From Takakia lepidozioides (lineage: Eukaryota > Plantae > Bryophyta), in the NCBI GenBank assembly GCA_030704615.1, contig CM060731.1, positions 53,816,001-53,880,000 of the forward strand: a stretch of 64,000 bases of DNA, given 5' to 3'. Under the pieces are notes generated by a model. The model saw only the letters and a program-made list of their open reading frames with translations. It was not told the DNA's origin and searched no databases. A program made the translations under genes and the position numbers. Below are positions 1 to 13,620 of the stretch, piece by piece; within the stretch, counting starts at the first letter, position 1; every line of letters starts with the position of its first letter.

Positions 1-529
1 AGTTTTGCAATTTAAACTTCCAGACATGGTGGGACAACATTGTATGCCTCAGAGAATTCCAGTTAGAGTTCGACCGTTTAAACACCTCAGGGGGGACGAG
101 GATTCTGATACTACTGTTTCTTCAGCGGACTCTTTTGACATGGCAGAGGACTATGCAATTCAGATGGCACAGAAGAAGCGACGGGGGTCTCCGATGCCTG
201 AAAGATTACCTCGATATCAGCCTCCAGAGGGACTGACATATCCAGGCAGTGTTCAATCATCTCCCTCAACCAGTGACAGGACACGGGCTCGCACACGGAG
301 TCCTTCACGAGACTCTCAACGTCACAAGGGTGCTCGCTCACAAATGTTTGCTAATCCCAAATAGTAAACCGTGAGGACACGACTTTTGAGAGAGGAGAGG
401 GGTAAATGTTAGAGGGCTGCTTGGGACTTAGACGCTTTTATGGGATATGTGAGGTACCCTTAATTTTTACACAGACTGAGACCAACAGGAGCCTTAGGGG
501 TGACAGCAACAGGCTTTAGGGGGGGAGAT

Positions 530-656
530 ACACAGCCCGACACAGTCCATCACAGCCCGTCACAGTCCAACACAGCCAGTCACAGTCAACACAGCCCGAC
601 ACAGCCAGTCACAGCCCGCCACAGCCTGATACAGCCAGTCACAGCTCGGCACAGCT
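530..656. repeat. Tandem ~10-bp repeat (CACAGCCCGA/CACAGCCAGT variants)
   Basis: About 12 consecutive units starting ACAG(C/T)C, visible directly upstream of the piggyBac relic. Confidence 0.85.
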
Positions 657-863
657 GGGGAGTGGAGGAGGTGACAAATGAGTCATTTGTAAAATTGTTC
701 GCTCCTGGAATTGGGAGTGCAAGAAACAACCTTCGCCAGTGATAGAAAAAGTTCACTAGTCCTACACCTGGGCCTCTGTTGGGCAACGTGAGAGACTAGA
801 GAGAGGTCCTAATGTGGGGTTTTTTTTCAAGTTGTTCTGATCCCCCGCAACCCTGTTGCGAAT

Positions 864-2245
864 TTGTCGGGAGACGAATCGTTACGCTGCCAAAATAGTG
901 GCCTCCGGGAGGAAGACAGAGGAGGTCATCCCAGGGATGACGATAATGAACCTGGAGGTGGTGCTATGTGGAGGCCATCGGGTGTGCCACAGCTGGAAGC
1001 CTGGATTGGTGTTTGTTTGTCCATGGGGATAAAGAGGCTGCCGAACAGCCGCTGCTATTGGCAGCAGAGTGAGGTATTGTTTGCATGCCTTGTGATTAGA
1101 AAAGTCATGACAAGAGATCGTTATGAAGCAATTTTGTGTTGCTTGCATTTGGTGGATAACTCGACGTTGGAGTCTGATCGTAGCAGTCCTACGTTTGACA
1201 AAATTGGCAAAGTCAAATGGGCTTGTGCAGAGATTGCTAGTGCCTGCAAATGATATTGGAACCTGCACAAATTACTGACATTATGATAAGGTGCAAGGGG
1301 AAATACTATGCTATACGGCAGTATATGCCTAAGAAGCCAGCCAAGTGGGGCATCAAAGTGTGGGCCCAGCTTGCAGATGCAGATGTTTACTTTGGCAAGA
1401 ATGGGGGCCCTGAGGGGAGAAGTCTGGCATAGGTGAGGGATATGATGTGGTCACTCGGCTAGTGTCTCCATTGCATGGACTCGGCCATGTGGTGGTGACT
1501 AACTATTACTTTACATCACCACGGTTGTTGTACGAGATGGCTTATGCTTGGGGCATGGGCCACTGGCACTGTCAGGCTGAATAGAAAGGGGTTGCTCCCC
1601 TTCCTTGACTTGCTTGTCCAAGTCCAAGACTGCCAAAGCAAGGTGACACTTGGTGGCGTATGCACAAGAGCCGGCAAGTTGTTGTTGTTTGTGGTGGGAT
1701 AAAAAAAGGCGTGTTCATGGTGTCATCCGCAGCTCGCGGCCTGCATCTGGCCCGAATTCACCTGTGACGGTCAGAAGGTTTGTGGGGAATGCCAGAGTGC
1801 AGGTGCCTTCTGTTCCAATGCATGTTCAATACCAAACTTACATGCGTGGTGTAGATGTCCAGGACCAGGTGCGAGGTGCATATAGCATGCAGTTGAAGAC
1901 TCACAAATGGTAGCATATAGAGTTTTTTTCCCTTTTGGACACCACGGTTGTGAATTCTTATCTCTTGCATGACTATCACATGCACCGGAGGTCCGTCCGA
2001 TGACCCATCTTGAGTTCTCGGCACAAGGTCTCACAGCTCCTGCCAGGCTGCCTGTGCCCCCGATTCGTCCTGCAGTCTTCGTGACATCGCCTTTTTGCTG
2101 GCATTTCTCTTTGCACAGCCTGCTTCGCCATGTGTGCACTCAGTGCGGGGCACGTACCCATTATTTCTGTCCCCGATGCAATTATAATGTATTCCTATGT
2201 CTTGGCAGTTGTTGGCGTGAGGCACATATCGTCTGGGGTCGATGA
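864..2245 (+). mobile_element. Degenerate piggyBac (PGBD-like) transposase, frameshifted, with stops
   Basis: Fragments across frames carry piggyBac motifs: MGIKRLP..YW, VMTRDRYEAILCCLHL, IRQYMPKKPAKWGIKVW, HVVVT-NYYFTS, YQTYMRGVDVQDQ, and a C-terminal Cys-rich domain CTQC..T.YFCPRC...LC...CW...H. TIRs and TTAA were not identified. Confidence 0.85.
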
Positions 2246-4399
2246 ACATGTGTTTGTGTGTGTAGGTGGGAATCACATTTGCAAGTGGCCTTCGAACATG
2301 GCGGATAGGCTAACGGGAGCATGTGTGGGTGGGAGTGTGGGTATGTGTGTGTGTGGGAGTGTTCAATTCGGGTGTGTGTGTGTCGAGCGGCTTTTACTCA
2401 CCCATCCCTTCGCTATCCGAGGTGAGAACTCCAAGATAGAAGAGTTGGAAATCTCTAAGCACTCAGCCCGCTCAGAACAATCAGTCATGACCTACAACTA
2501 GTGTATCATGGGGGTGTTTCCTATTTGTACTCCTTCCCACATTCATGTTAGCGAGTTACCTTACTATCTGCAATTAAGTATCAGTTTGCTTCAGAAATCT
2601 ATCAAGTTCCATCCATTCATTCCACCGCTTCACTCAGGTCTCTCTACACAGTGTGAGTATGAAGAATGTATCAGATTAATACCTATCAAGTATCAGGCTG
2701 AAGCCATGGAGTCTCTAATTTGCTCTACATTACAACTCTACTGCTTGCATTCATCAAGCATCATCAGATCGTTCTCCTCCTACTCCGTGCTCTCCCTCTT
2801 TCTACTCAGAGATGCGCTCTCCGCTTCATCTCCCCCCCCCCCCCCCCCCCAAGTGATGCCAGAAGTCCTCCAAGAAGTATCCCCTTGACGTCCCCGCTCT
2901 TTGCTTTTTCTACCTACAAGCTGTTCTAACCGCTTTCCTAACTAACCGTCATCCCTGTAGTACACGTTCATTTTTCAGATGTCGTTCCCCCACTGTCATT
3001 CCCTGCCAATGATAACTGCCTCCAAGGGCCCATCATTTTCCCAGTCCATTTCCTCACATGGATCGCCTGTGGTGTGAAAAGACGGGCCTACACAAAAGCC
3101 CTAGTTACTAACCTTCTTGTACGCTCTCATATTCATACCCCGACACCTGGTGCCCTGCAGCGGAAGAGAAAAGGAAACAGGTGCGGGTCGCCTAATTATG
3201 CCGACGAGATAAATGATTGCATATGCCAGGGTTATGTCGATGTCGCAGTGGGAGCATCAATGTAGGGTGACATGCCCATGGGGTTGTCCTCAAAGGCTAG
3301 AACTCAATGCTTCACCATTTCATCAGAGGCCACTGGCTTCATTCAGCCCCCATCTACTCCCTCATATCTTCCTTTTTTCTCTCTCTCTTATCTTTTTATC
3401 ATTCATCCAAGTAATCCAGAAGGAACCAGACCGGCACCCTAATGTCACTACATTGGCTGATCGTGCACCCAAGAATATCACGGAATTCCAAACAGCACCT
3501 GCTGTCCCAAAGAATAGCAAGCACCCATTCACCAACAGCCCTAAGATACGAGCTTACAAGTAGCTAATGCATGATGCAACGATGGAACTGAGACAAAAAC
3601 CAGAGAATGCCCAAGTGTGCATGAATTAAAAACTCAAAAGTAGAGAGTGAATTCCAACTGCCTAGCTGCAGTGGGTTACAAATCAAGGTCCAGCCATCAT
3701 GATCCTCCTCCACTCAGAGACGACGAGGGGGAGCAGACTACTCATCAAGACAAGGGGGAGCAGCCTGGGAGCTCGGGGCCTCTTGCAGGGGATGGGGCCA
3801 TGGACATCGACCACGACACATCGCACCCGATCACTCTTGGTGGAACATTTATACTCCTGCAACATGGACTTCTCCCTATGCTGCCATTACTACACCTTCA
3901 CATCTCTCATGCATCACCACCAAGGGTCTGAACTACCACAATACCGCTCTAACATATCCCCAAAACAGAATAGTATGGAAGCGACAATGCCCTTCAACTA
4001 CATCAGAATCAAGTCTCCTCCTTGGTGGGCCTCCTCATCGTCACCCACAGCTCATCATCCCTAATGTCCATTTGTACCTTCCAAAAGTCTGGTGGAGTGG
4101 CAAAACTGATCCCCCGGTGTCACCACTTCGCATATCTCATAGGAGCCTTGTTATGCTTATAAAACCTCGCCGCTCTTTCCTGCTGCTCCTAGATCATGCC
4201 CCAGCTCTGCTAATTCCCGCCAGACACCATACTGACACACAAAACAGGATGCAGCCTTTGGGCTGTAAATGCTAACCGTTGATTATAAAGAAAACGCCGC
4301 AACACCTTCTTCAAAACCCTTACGCACACACCTCGTGCTTGAAGCCCTGGAGTGATCACTCTCCCTCCTGCACAGCTCGCGTCTATGCTAGAAACAACT

Positions 4400-6300
4400 A
4401 AGCAACACAGTCACCCGCGGGCAATTGCAACTGTCGCGCATCACTTCTTCTCCTCATAGGTGCTCGATGAGGAGGGGAGCACATCATTCACAGCCTCACT
4501 AAAGCCTTCTTTCTCACCTTCCTCCCTTCTCTCTTTCCACCCAAAATCAAAGACACATGCCTTCATAGTCAGAAGAAGGTTTTGTCTTTTTGCTCGGAAC
4601 TGTCTGAGCTTGCCTCAGGCCTGCCAGATAGATCAATTCCAAAGAGGAGACCCGAAGGGACGTTTTATATGATTGAATCCATGAGTTACCCATCGCAAGG
4701 ATGGCAGCCATCTGGTGTGTTTGAGGGGGAGGCATTCGTATTATTATCCACCACCAGAAATTTCCAGCAACCCCCCTCTGGCCCTAAGAACCGAGGTATC
4801 CATTTGCTAGTAGAGCTGTAATTTGTTTTTCTGGATCAATGATACCGAGGCCTCTTTTTTTCTTTGGGAGAAAAATCTGATTCCATGCCACCTGTGGTCT
4901 TTTCTTGTGGTTGGAGTTTTCAGCTCCCCAACTGAAATTCCTTATGAGCCTTTTCACCTCTTGAATTTGAGGGGAAGCAGGGCGCCATGCGGAGAGCATA
5001 ATACCAAATGCCAGCAGAGAGGATTTGGTTACCTGTAAGAGCTCTGCCTGTAATTGACAGGTGCTTGCATCCCCATTAAGCCAACTTTCTTTTCAGCTTT
5101 GTCAAAGTGGGGGCGAATCTTTGCTGATCTGTGAGATCAACTCCGAATGTATAACCCAGAAGAGTGGTAGTCTGCCCCGGTAGTAACCAGATCAAACCTC
5201 TGTTGGAACCCCAATTGGGAGGCGCCTAATGCTGAAACAGAAAGGTCTCCCACAAGGAGAGCACACATTTTAGTCCAATTGACTTTGAAGCCAGACGCGA
5301 CACAAAACCTATTAAAGTGCCTGTCTGCAGAATCAAGGTTTGTTTGGTTGGCCTGAAGCATAAAAAAGGTGTCATCTACAAACAATGCGTAGGTTGTGAG
5401 TAATGTAGTTGGTTATTCGAAGGCGCTGAATACTTTGCAACATGTAGCCCAGAGTGTTGGTGAAAGGTGCTAGGGGACAACACTGGCGCACAGAGTGTTG
5501 TAAAGGAACGAAGAGAGAAAACCATTCATGATAATGACTCTACTTGAGGAGTAACTGCTTGAAAGAATATTAACCCACTGGCAAAAGGAGGAAGGGAATC
5601 CAAATTTGGCCAAGGTTGCCAGCAGGAAGGACCATCCACCCTATCAAACATGCTTTTTCAAAGTCTAGAAGAAGAAGAGCGATGGCTTGGTTGGTGTGGA
5701 GGGCGAAGTGAGGAATTTCTTGAGCTAAAAGAAGGTTGTCAAGGATGAACCTGCCTTTGCTAAAGCTTGATTGATTTGGCCGAATGAGAGAAGGAAGTAA
5801 GGGCTGCAGTCTGAGCGCAAGGGCTTTTGCTATAATCTTGTAGGCCACATTCAACAGAGTTATCGGTCTATAGTTGGGGACATTAGTCATGTTCCCTTTT
5901 TTGTATAGCAAAGTGAAAACTCCTTGAGACATTGTAGACGGCAAGGCCTGTTGGGAGAAGACATGATTGGCCATTGCCGTGAAGTACTGCGAGATTTCCG
6001 GCCAAATGGCCTTATAGAATTCCACTGTCATGTCGTGTAATCCAGGTGACTTGTTGTTCTGAAATAGTCTAAGGCGTCTTCCAATTCCATGTCCGTGAAG
6101 AGACCCTTAGGTCTGGAAGCAGATTGAGTGTTCAAAATAGATGGAGTAGAAGCCATGCATGCCTTTTGATGTTCTGAAGGAGAGGTACCGAGTAAGTCAC
6201 TCTAGAATAAGGACCTAAAGTGGTCCGCAGCCAAAGAGGCCATATCCTTGGGGGATGACATGGAGAGACCGGAGGATTGGTCAATAAGCTCAGAAATATG
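4400..6300 (-). mobile_element. L1-clade non-LTR retrotransposon relic (RT region)
   Basis: Minus-strand fragments: EFYKAIW, NYRPITLLNVAYKIIAKALA.RL, NQSSF..GR.I.DN, LLLDFEKA, LFVDDT, F..ASG.KVN..K, VAW..I.LPK..RGLGI. Many stops and frameshifts. Confidence 0.85.
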
Positions 6301-7487
6301 TTGGGATTTTTTAAACTATAAAAACCCCTAAAATAACCATATCAATTAATATTATTAAAAATAATAGTCACATCCTTCTATATGTAAGCTGGCCAGAGCT
6401 CTTCTCAAAGGCTCGACAGACTGCCGGTCAAATCTCATCCCGCATTAGGAAAGTGGGGAGCGCTCCACATCTCCTGTTCCCTCTTCATGCTCCCCACCTT
6501 CAAGACCATGTTCCCAAACATTTTCCCATTTTTGCTTCTTTGTTTTCGAGCGGGGACCGGGAACAGGGGAGCAAGCCGCGTTTCACAGGGCAAAGGGGAA
6601 GCAAGATCGGGAACATGGGGAGTAGGCCCCATTCCACAAGGCGAGACAAGGCGAGGATGGGAGCATGGACCAAGAACATGGGAGCAAACACCGTTCCATA
6701 GGGTGAGGAGGGGAGCGGGGACCAAGGACAGGGACAACGGAGCGGCAGAGCGGGGATCTTGGAAGTCTTGTAATTATTTTCGAGATTAAAATTACTTCAA
6801 TCAATTGCAACTGCAACCATTCAATGTGCTTTGTTTGTCACAGATAGAACCTCACACCTCACACTGCATAAGATATGTCTTAGAGGGAGTTTCCTTGTGA
6901 GACCCCGCATCCGGATATTTTGCTTCAGAAGATCCCTCCAAACACAAAGGAAAGAAGCTAGAAATTCTTTACGTGTGAATTCTTGTATTGCCCTTATTGC
7001 TATGCACCCTAGTCAAAACCTGGTGGTGAAGGCACAAGCCACCTCATTAGTGGATGTGTTAAAAATTGGATGTTAAAGGTGTCAAGTGTCCAACTTCCCA
7101 CCAAAAGGTACCAGCCCCCTCACTTAAGCTTTACTTCAACGGAGTAATTGCAAGAGAACTATATATACTCCATATGACACATCCAAATAGATAGCCCACC
7201 GATTATAGTCAAACCTGGATAATTGTTATGCTCCTTGAGTATACAATGTATAACATTTAGGCAGTTATATCAAATAACAATAAAATAGGCTGAAATATTA
7301 AAACATAACAATTAGAAACATAAAATTCGAGGGCTACTTAGTACTATGCCCTCTTAATATATATAGGAAGATAATAGGAATAATGTAAGAACTTAATGCA
7401 CACGTGCAACCTCTGACAGGATGGTACGCCGGTTTTTGGCATGTCAAATCTTCCCCACCCACTCTTGAGAGTGACATGGAACTGAAG

Positions 7488-7797
7488 GAGTGTAAACTCG
7501 AGTCGGGGTTACACTCGGTTACACGACGAGGTGTGTAACTCCACTTGGGGTTACATCAGGTTACACGACGAGGTGTGTGACTCCACTTGGGTTACATCGG
7601 GTTACACGACGAGGTGTGTAACTCCACTCGGTGTTACACAGAATGGAGTGTAACTCCTCTTGGTGTAACTCACACTTGGTCTCGAAATTTGACTAAGTCC
7701 AAATTTGGTTAAGTATAAAATGGACTTACCAGAGTTACATGAGAAACCGGGGTTACAGAGGGTTACATTACCGAGGTTACACCCACCAGGGTTACAC
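7488..7797. repeat. GTTACAC/GTGTAAC motif cluster including three ~40-bp tandem units
   Basis: GGGTTACA..GGTTACACGACGAGGTGTG(T/A)ACTCCACT occurs three times at about 7505-7640, with further GTTACA motifs to 7797. Probably transposon subterminal repeats. Confidence 0.7.
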
Positions 7798-8766
7798 TAC
7801 AAGTGCCTTCCATCAAGAATCGATCCTTGAACCTCGCCATCTGATGCCCAAAGACTGTCTGATGAAATGAAGTTAGGCATAAAACTCCCCTGAACTTGTT
7901 TCCAACGCTTCCACCTTACCACCATGCTACCAACCACAACTTGCAACCCACTTGGATTCTTAAGTACTAGGGCTTCGCGTTGCTCCGCACTACTAGCGAC
8001 GAATTCTGAGAACTGCGTTCAATTGGTACAAAAAGGGGTGGGCACATCTCTGTATTTCATTGTTTGATGCAGCTACCTCTATCTATGCCCAAGAAGTGAG
8101 GGCGAGTGGAACCCCTTTTCTGTATTTTTGTATTTTTTTGTATTTTTCCTCTGTATTTCATTTCAAGATTCATTTGACGGTGTAATGATTGTGGCTCATT
8201 TTGATACAACAAGCAGATTTGGATTTGGATTATGAATGTTGTTTATATGATATCTTTTTCATCTTTATATGCAATTGGTGTAAATTTCGAATCGTTTATT
8301 TTGTCTGCCTCTCCGCATTAACATTTTGTTTTTCCATATTATTTGAAGTTATACATATGCCCAAGTTTTTATTGTTTACGGTGGACATTAGCATTTTGAT
8401 ATAATAGATAACGACCGTATATTCGAAGATACATTCTTAAAAAAAATAGTTGTCTACATAAACTCAGTGACAAATATTATTGTTTTGAACAAAATGTGTC
8501 TTGATAAAAAATACTGATGCGGATATGGTATTTCTCTTCGAAATTGAAGGTAGTTTGTTCTGTGAGCTTTCATGAATATGTTCAAAAGAGACCCACCTTC
8601 TTTCTTTCTTCATTTGTTAGCAGGATCTCAAGGTTGGACTTCATAAATGAAATATTCGAGTCATGTTGATAGATATTGCTACTGGAGTGAGCCCCTCACA
8701 AAGGTTTGCTCTTGTTCTGCCCAGATTGGGGGCACGACCACAATGCTATCCCTGTGTCTTCAGTTT

Positions 8767-8980
8767 GCCCCTGAGTTTAATTTTCAGTCTAGTGCCGAGG
8801 GTGGGTAAACCCTTGAGGTCATCCATAATGGCCTCTCCCATGTCACAGACTGGAAACAAGTTCAGAGAGGTCAGGCTCAGCCTAATGAGAATATCCCCAG
8901 ACATTGTAGCAGAAAACGGATATTGTTTTCAGGCCACCCTCACATTGGGCATTGACAATCTCCCTTTCCTCTTTGCATCT
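8767..8980 (-). mobile_element. Rearranged internal fragments of the LINE family at 21854-26587
   Basis: 8767-8871 is the reverse complement of about 26040-26142, and 8886-8980 of about 26170-26262. Confidence 0.8.
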
Positions 8981-9139
8981 TTTTTAGAAAGAGAGTTAGC
9001 ACATAATAAGTAGCTATATAAACTATTCTATGTGTCAAATTGTTGTACAAGGAAAAACAAGCTCATGTGAAATGTGATGGGACATACAGCTTGTTGTTAG
9101 GTGCTGGTAAAATGCAGAGAGAACATTCTGCTGCTTAGA

Positions 9140-10810
9140 TGGATCCCACCTGCCAGCTGCAGCATAGATGTGTTTGATAGCAATTGTAAATTCAGTGGAG
9201 GAGGAGGTGTCGTAGGGGTCGTGCAAAACCAATGGCCAGCTTCTCACTGTGGTGGCAAAGAGAAAATTCCTTTTCCTCCTCCCCCACATCATGCAATACA
9301 AAGCGCATGTCCGGCATATACCCCACCTCCTTCATCTGCCCAGACAATCTTCTCAGGTCAACATGGATTTCCTTAATTCTGGGATGCAACTTGTCATCTA
9401 CAACGAAGCTGTCCACCCTGTTGCCAACCTCAAAAGACTTGGCTATTTTCTAACCCCTCTGACCTTCATCATTTTCTCACCTTTGCAGTATCATCCCATC
9501 TGCCAGCTGCAACATAGATGTTTGATAGCAACACATAAGTCGCGGCATCCTGTTCATCCCACTTGAGGATAGATGTTGCCGCACGTTCAGCCATCTCCAC
9601 ATTACCATGGATTCTGCAGGCACCAAGCAAGGCCTTCCACACCACAACATCTGGATTGATTGGCATTTTATTAATCAGGTCCACTGCCTCATCCAGTTGT
9701 CCCGCACGTCCAAGAAGGTCCACCATGTAGCCAAAGTGCTTTACTGTCGTAGTAACACCGTGATCTTGACTCATGGAATCGAAGTAGCGTCTTCCTTCAT
9801 TCAGTAGGCCATTGTGGCTGCATGTAGAGAGAACACATATAAAGGTGATACTGTCCGGCTTCAAGCCGTTCTTTTACATTCCTTCAAATAGTTGCGGGAC
9901 GTCCCTATGACAACAATGCTGTGGGCATATCCTACAATCATCGCATTCTACGACACCACATTTCGTTCAGTCACATTGTCAAATACTCCCTTTGCATCCT
10001 CAATGCATCTCTTTCCCCATCATTTGCTAATAGGTCTCCAAGTCCTCCATCCCACGCCTCTGCTGTGCCTAACCTGCAAGCATGGCGTTCCATGACACCA
10101 AATCCCGTTCAGCCATATTGTTGAACACTCCCTCCGCATCCTCAATGCTCCCACATTTGGCATACATGTCCACGAGGGTATTGTCCAGAATCACATCTGG
10201 TACAATTCCAGCTTTGGTGATGCAACCATGCACCTCTTTGCTCTTTTCCAGGGCTGCCAGGCTTGCACACGCACTGCAAACGCACACAAACGTGATGTGG
10301 TCGGGCTTCACCCCTTCCCCCATCATTTGCTCATAGGTCTCCAACGCCTCCATCCCACGCCCCTGCTGTGCATATCCTGCAATCATCGCACTCCACGACA
10401 CCACATTTCGTTCAGCCATACTGTCGAACACTCCTCGATGCACTCACATTTGACATACATGTCTAGCAGGGCAGTGTTCAGGATGACATCTGGTACTAAT
10501 CCAGCTTTGACGATGTCACCATGGACCTCTTTGCACCTTTCCAGGGCTGCCACGCTTGCACACGCATTGCAAATGCAAACAAACGCTATGCGGCACATCA
10601 ATTGCTCATAGGTCTCCAAAGCCTCCATCCCGCGCCTTGCTTTGCATATCCTGCAATCAGTGCACTCCACGACACCACATCTCGTTCAGCCATACTGTCG
10701 AACACTCCCTTTGCATCCTCGATGCACTCATATTTGACCTACATGTCCAGCAGGGCAGTGTTCAGGATGACATCTGGTACTAATCCAGCTTTGACGATCT
10801 CACCATGGAT
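9140..10810 (-). pseudogene. PLS-E-DYW PPR pseudogene (frameshifted, DYW domain truncated)
   Basis: Broken ORFs with VVSWSAMIAGYAQ, TLVDMYAKCGS, MVDLLGRAG, YVLLSNIY..AGRWD and GYMPD.RFVLHDV.EEEKE..LCHHSEKLAI. No CxxC/DYW end. An E-domain piece is duplicated at about 9140-9190. Confidence 0.9.
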
Positions 10811-11249
10811 GCAAAGAGCAACGCAAGGCATCCCCAACTTACAACCTCGTGCAAAGCCGGCTGCAAACTAGGATTCGGATTCAGGCATGGCCTCCACATG
10901 TACTGCCTCAATCGATCACTCGCTCTCAGCAGCAAACGTGGGGCATCAATGGCCGTAATGCTATATGATAATCCAACATTCGCCGGGAACGGCATACGTA
11001 CATTCTCTCACAGCAGCAAACAGCCATCTAATTATGATCAAGACGAGCGCTCAGACTTGCAAGAAAACTCAAAGGAGGTCTAAACTTTGTATCCATCATT
11101 TATTCTGCTAATTCTGCTCGAGTGCATAGAACCTCCAGAACTTTGTTAGCATAAATTATGGATTGTGGATTTTTTTTCTAACTTCTTAAGACAAAAAGTG
11201 CTGGCTCACAATTCGGGCTTTTTCTGAGTGAGCCCGGGCCATGAGGATA

Positions 11250-13620
11250 CGGAGAAGTCCCTGGAGGTGCCCAAACAAGGCCATCCCAGGGATACAAGAT
11301 GGTAGCCCCACCGGGCTTATCTGGGTGCTGTACATATCATTTTCGAGCCTGCAATTCCTGCCAGTTTGCCAATGGTACCCAAAATTGGGTGAAGGCCGGA
11401 TGTGGATGGAAACTCGTTCAAAACCGAGTAGACTTTCTTGGATTCGGCCTCATGACGGATGTGGATCTAAAAACTTTACGATGAAATCTACACTCGAGAA
11501 TACAATGTAAATCCTAACTGACAGGGGTTCCAATTGAGATTCTCAGTGTACCCATCCCTTTCAAGTAGCAATCCAAACAGCAAGTCCGGATTTGAATACC
11601 TGCTATCTAGAGGATGGTTTGGGCAGGAGTCGAAGTTGTCTCGACTAGTATAGGTACAAATCAGGACTACATTCTTCTGAGATCTAGGAGATCAATATGG
11701 GGATGTGGAAGTCAGCTCGCAGCGCCCGAAGACCGAAGCCTGGATTTGAGTTAATCGTTGGTCAACATGAATGTCGTCTTGCTGGGAGCAAACTGCACAT
11801 GGGCCAGCAGCAGCTCGTGCAGGATGCGACATGTCTTCCCGAGTGGTCGACATGGCTAAGGAATGAAGATCGACAGGTCTGGTTGCTGACCTCTGGCAAA
11901 AACAAACAGCTCGCAATATTTTTGAGCAATCTCCCCTCAATTGTTGGGAAGGGTCCTTCCGACCAACTCTGGGTAGCGAGGAAGCTGTTTGGGCAAGGAT
12001 CACAGGTGCTTACAGCCAATAGCTCAGCTAAGCCTGGACGCGGTCAATGCCCAAGCTACTTTGATCGAAAAGCGGCTTCTTCAGTTCCCGGAAAACCCAG
12101 AGAGACAGAGGGTGGGTGAGGGAGTGGGTCCTAGAGCACATGGGGCAGATGGAGAACTGTGTCAACAATACTGTCAGCCGATGGATGGGTGGAGGTTATT
12201 TGGCTCTCAGGTCCTCGTCAATTCAGAAGAGACGGCTAGTAAGGCCTTGCATCCCACGAGGTCCAATTAACAAGTCAATATTTTTTCCCTGGTCCCCAAG
12301 TTTGGGACACTGGGGTCTCAGGGATCAGCTGGAAGTCCAGCATTATTGCACGTCCATTCCTGCCATGCAAATAAATGGGCTCCTTCGCTCCTTCCCTGAC
12401 TCAGATGGGGGGATGCAGGGGGAGTACTGAACGTTTTTCACCTGCATAATTTGTGCCCACATTTGAGGGGGATTCTGGGATGGATTTTTATCAATTTTTG
12501 CAAGTAGCCTCCCAATTCACTGACTTGAAGTGATACATCCACCAAAATATGAGTCACTCCGAAAATGTTGTGTTCAATATTTGAGTCCGAGGTCAAACTA
12601 GGCTTGGCCCTGCCTTTTCTCAGAAATAAAACAAAGGAAAAATGAAAAGAAAGAAGGTTGCCACCGCCAGAAATGATGGATATACATCTGTTTCCTGACC
12701 CCGACACTACAAACGAGGTACCTGAAAAATTAGAGGTAGGTGGTGTAGTGAGAGAACTCTACTCAAGGAGTCAAACGGGCTGCCATAGTTATGTATAATT
12801 CTGCCTCTAGTCTCTTCATCATGTATGTTTGATGATGCTGATCATAAGTAAGAGATTCTATCCCCTTGCGGATACTTTGGGGAGGGCTCTAGGTACAATC
12901 TTCTAAAGCCAATGGTGACGATTTTGCAATCTCCAAAGAAGAAAAGCTTGGGCTTAATCGTGAATCTCTTTGCTTCTTTGTCGCTACTTCACCCAAAAAC
13001 ATCAGCTGTATGTTTTCAATTCGAAGCTCAAAATCTCCTATAAAGCTGTAGCTAGCACGAAACGGGGCAAGTGGGGGCAAGTGGGGTGTGGCAGAGACGA
13101 ACTTCTCCACACTCATTAAAGACATCCCATTTGGTTGCTCAAGATGTGAGCTTCCAGGTAAAGCAGGGCACTTCTGCCATTCGATTTTAGATCTTGTGAG
13201 AGTAGAGTTCGTCTGTGAGAAACACTTTTACTACCTCTCCACAAACATTTATGCAGCTGTGGACAAGTTGCTGCTTCGACTTCTTGCCCATTATGCACAG
13301 CCAAAGAATAAGAGCCATCCAAGCGCAAAATTCGTGAAATGGGAAAATGGTAGGATGATCGGGAATAAGTTTTATCTCCCCCTGAAACGAAGGCAGACTT
13401 CCCAGGCAATTCAAGCATTCATGAACACAATCCTAAATCATGGAGATGTGAACAGGTTGAGAGAAACTACGCAGCAGACTGAAAATCCAATACACTGCCA
13501 CCATAGACAAAACCCAGCAAAAATGAGAGATTTATCAAACAAGTCTTATGTGCACTGTGCCTACAAGCAACACGGCCTGGCCAAAGAAAAACTGCAAAGA
13601 GGCAACTTGCTGACATCAGA
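11250..13620 (-). mobile_element. Possible highly decayed L1-like relic
   Basis: Only weak motif remnants on the minus strand (YHFPI resembling the endonuclease SDHxP motif; a GSPFDSL/VEF-like stretch near 12760-12790). No intact ORF. Confidence 0.25.

Noticed and set aside
6435-6790. Overlapping ORFs in a GGGAGC/GAACATGG-rich stretch
   Set aside because: Low-complexity repeats explain the ORFs. It may be a transposon end, but no TIR or TSD could be defined.
7505-7640. CRISPR-like appearance of ~40-bp repeats
   Set aside because: The units are contiguous with no unique spacers, the context is eukaryotic and there are no cas genes.
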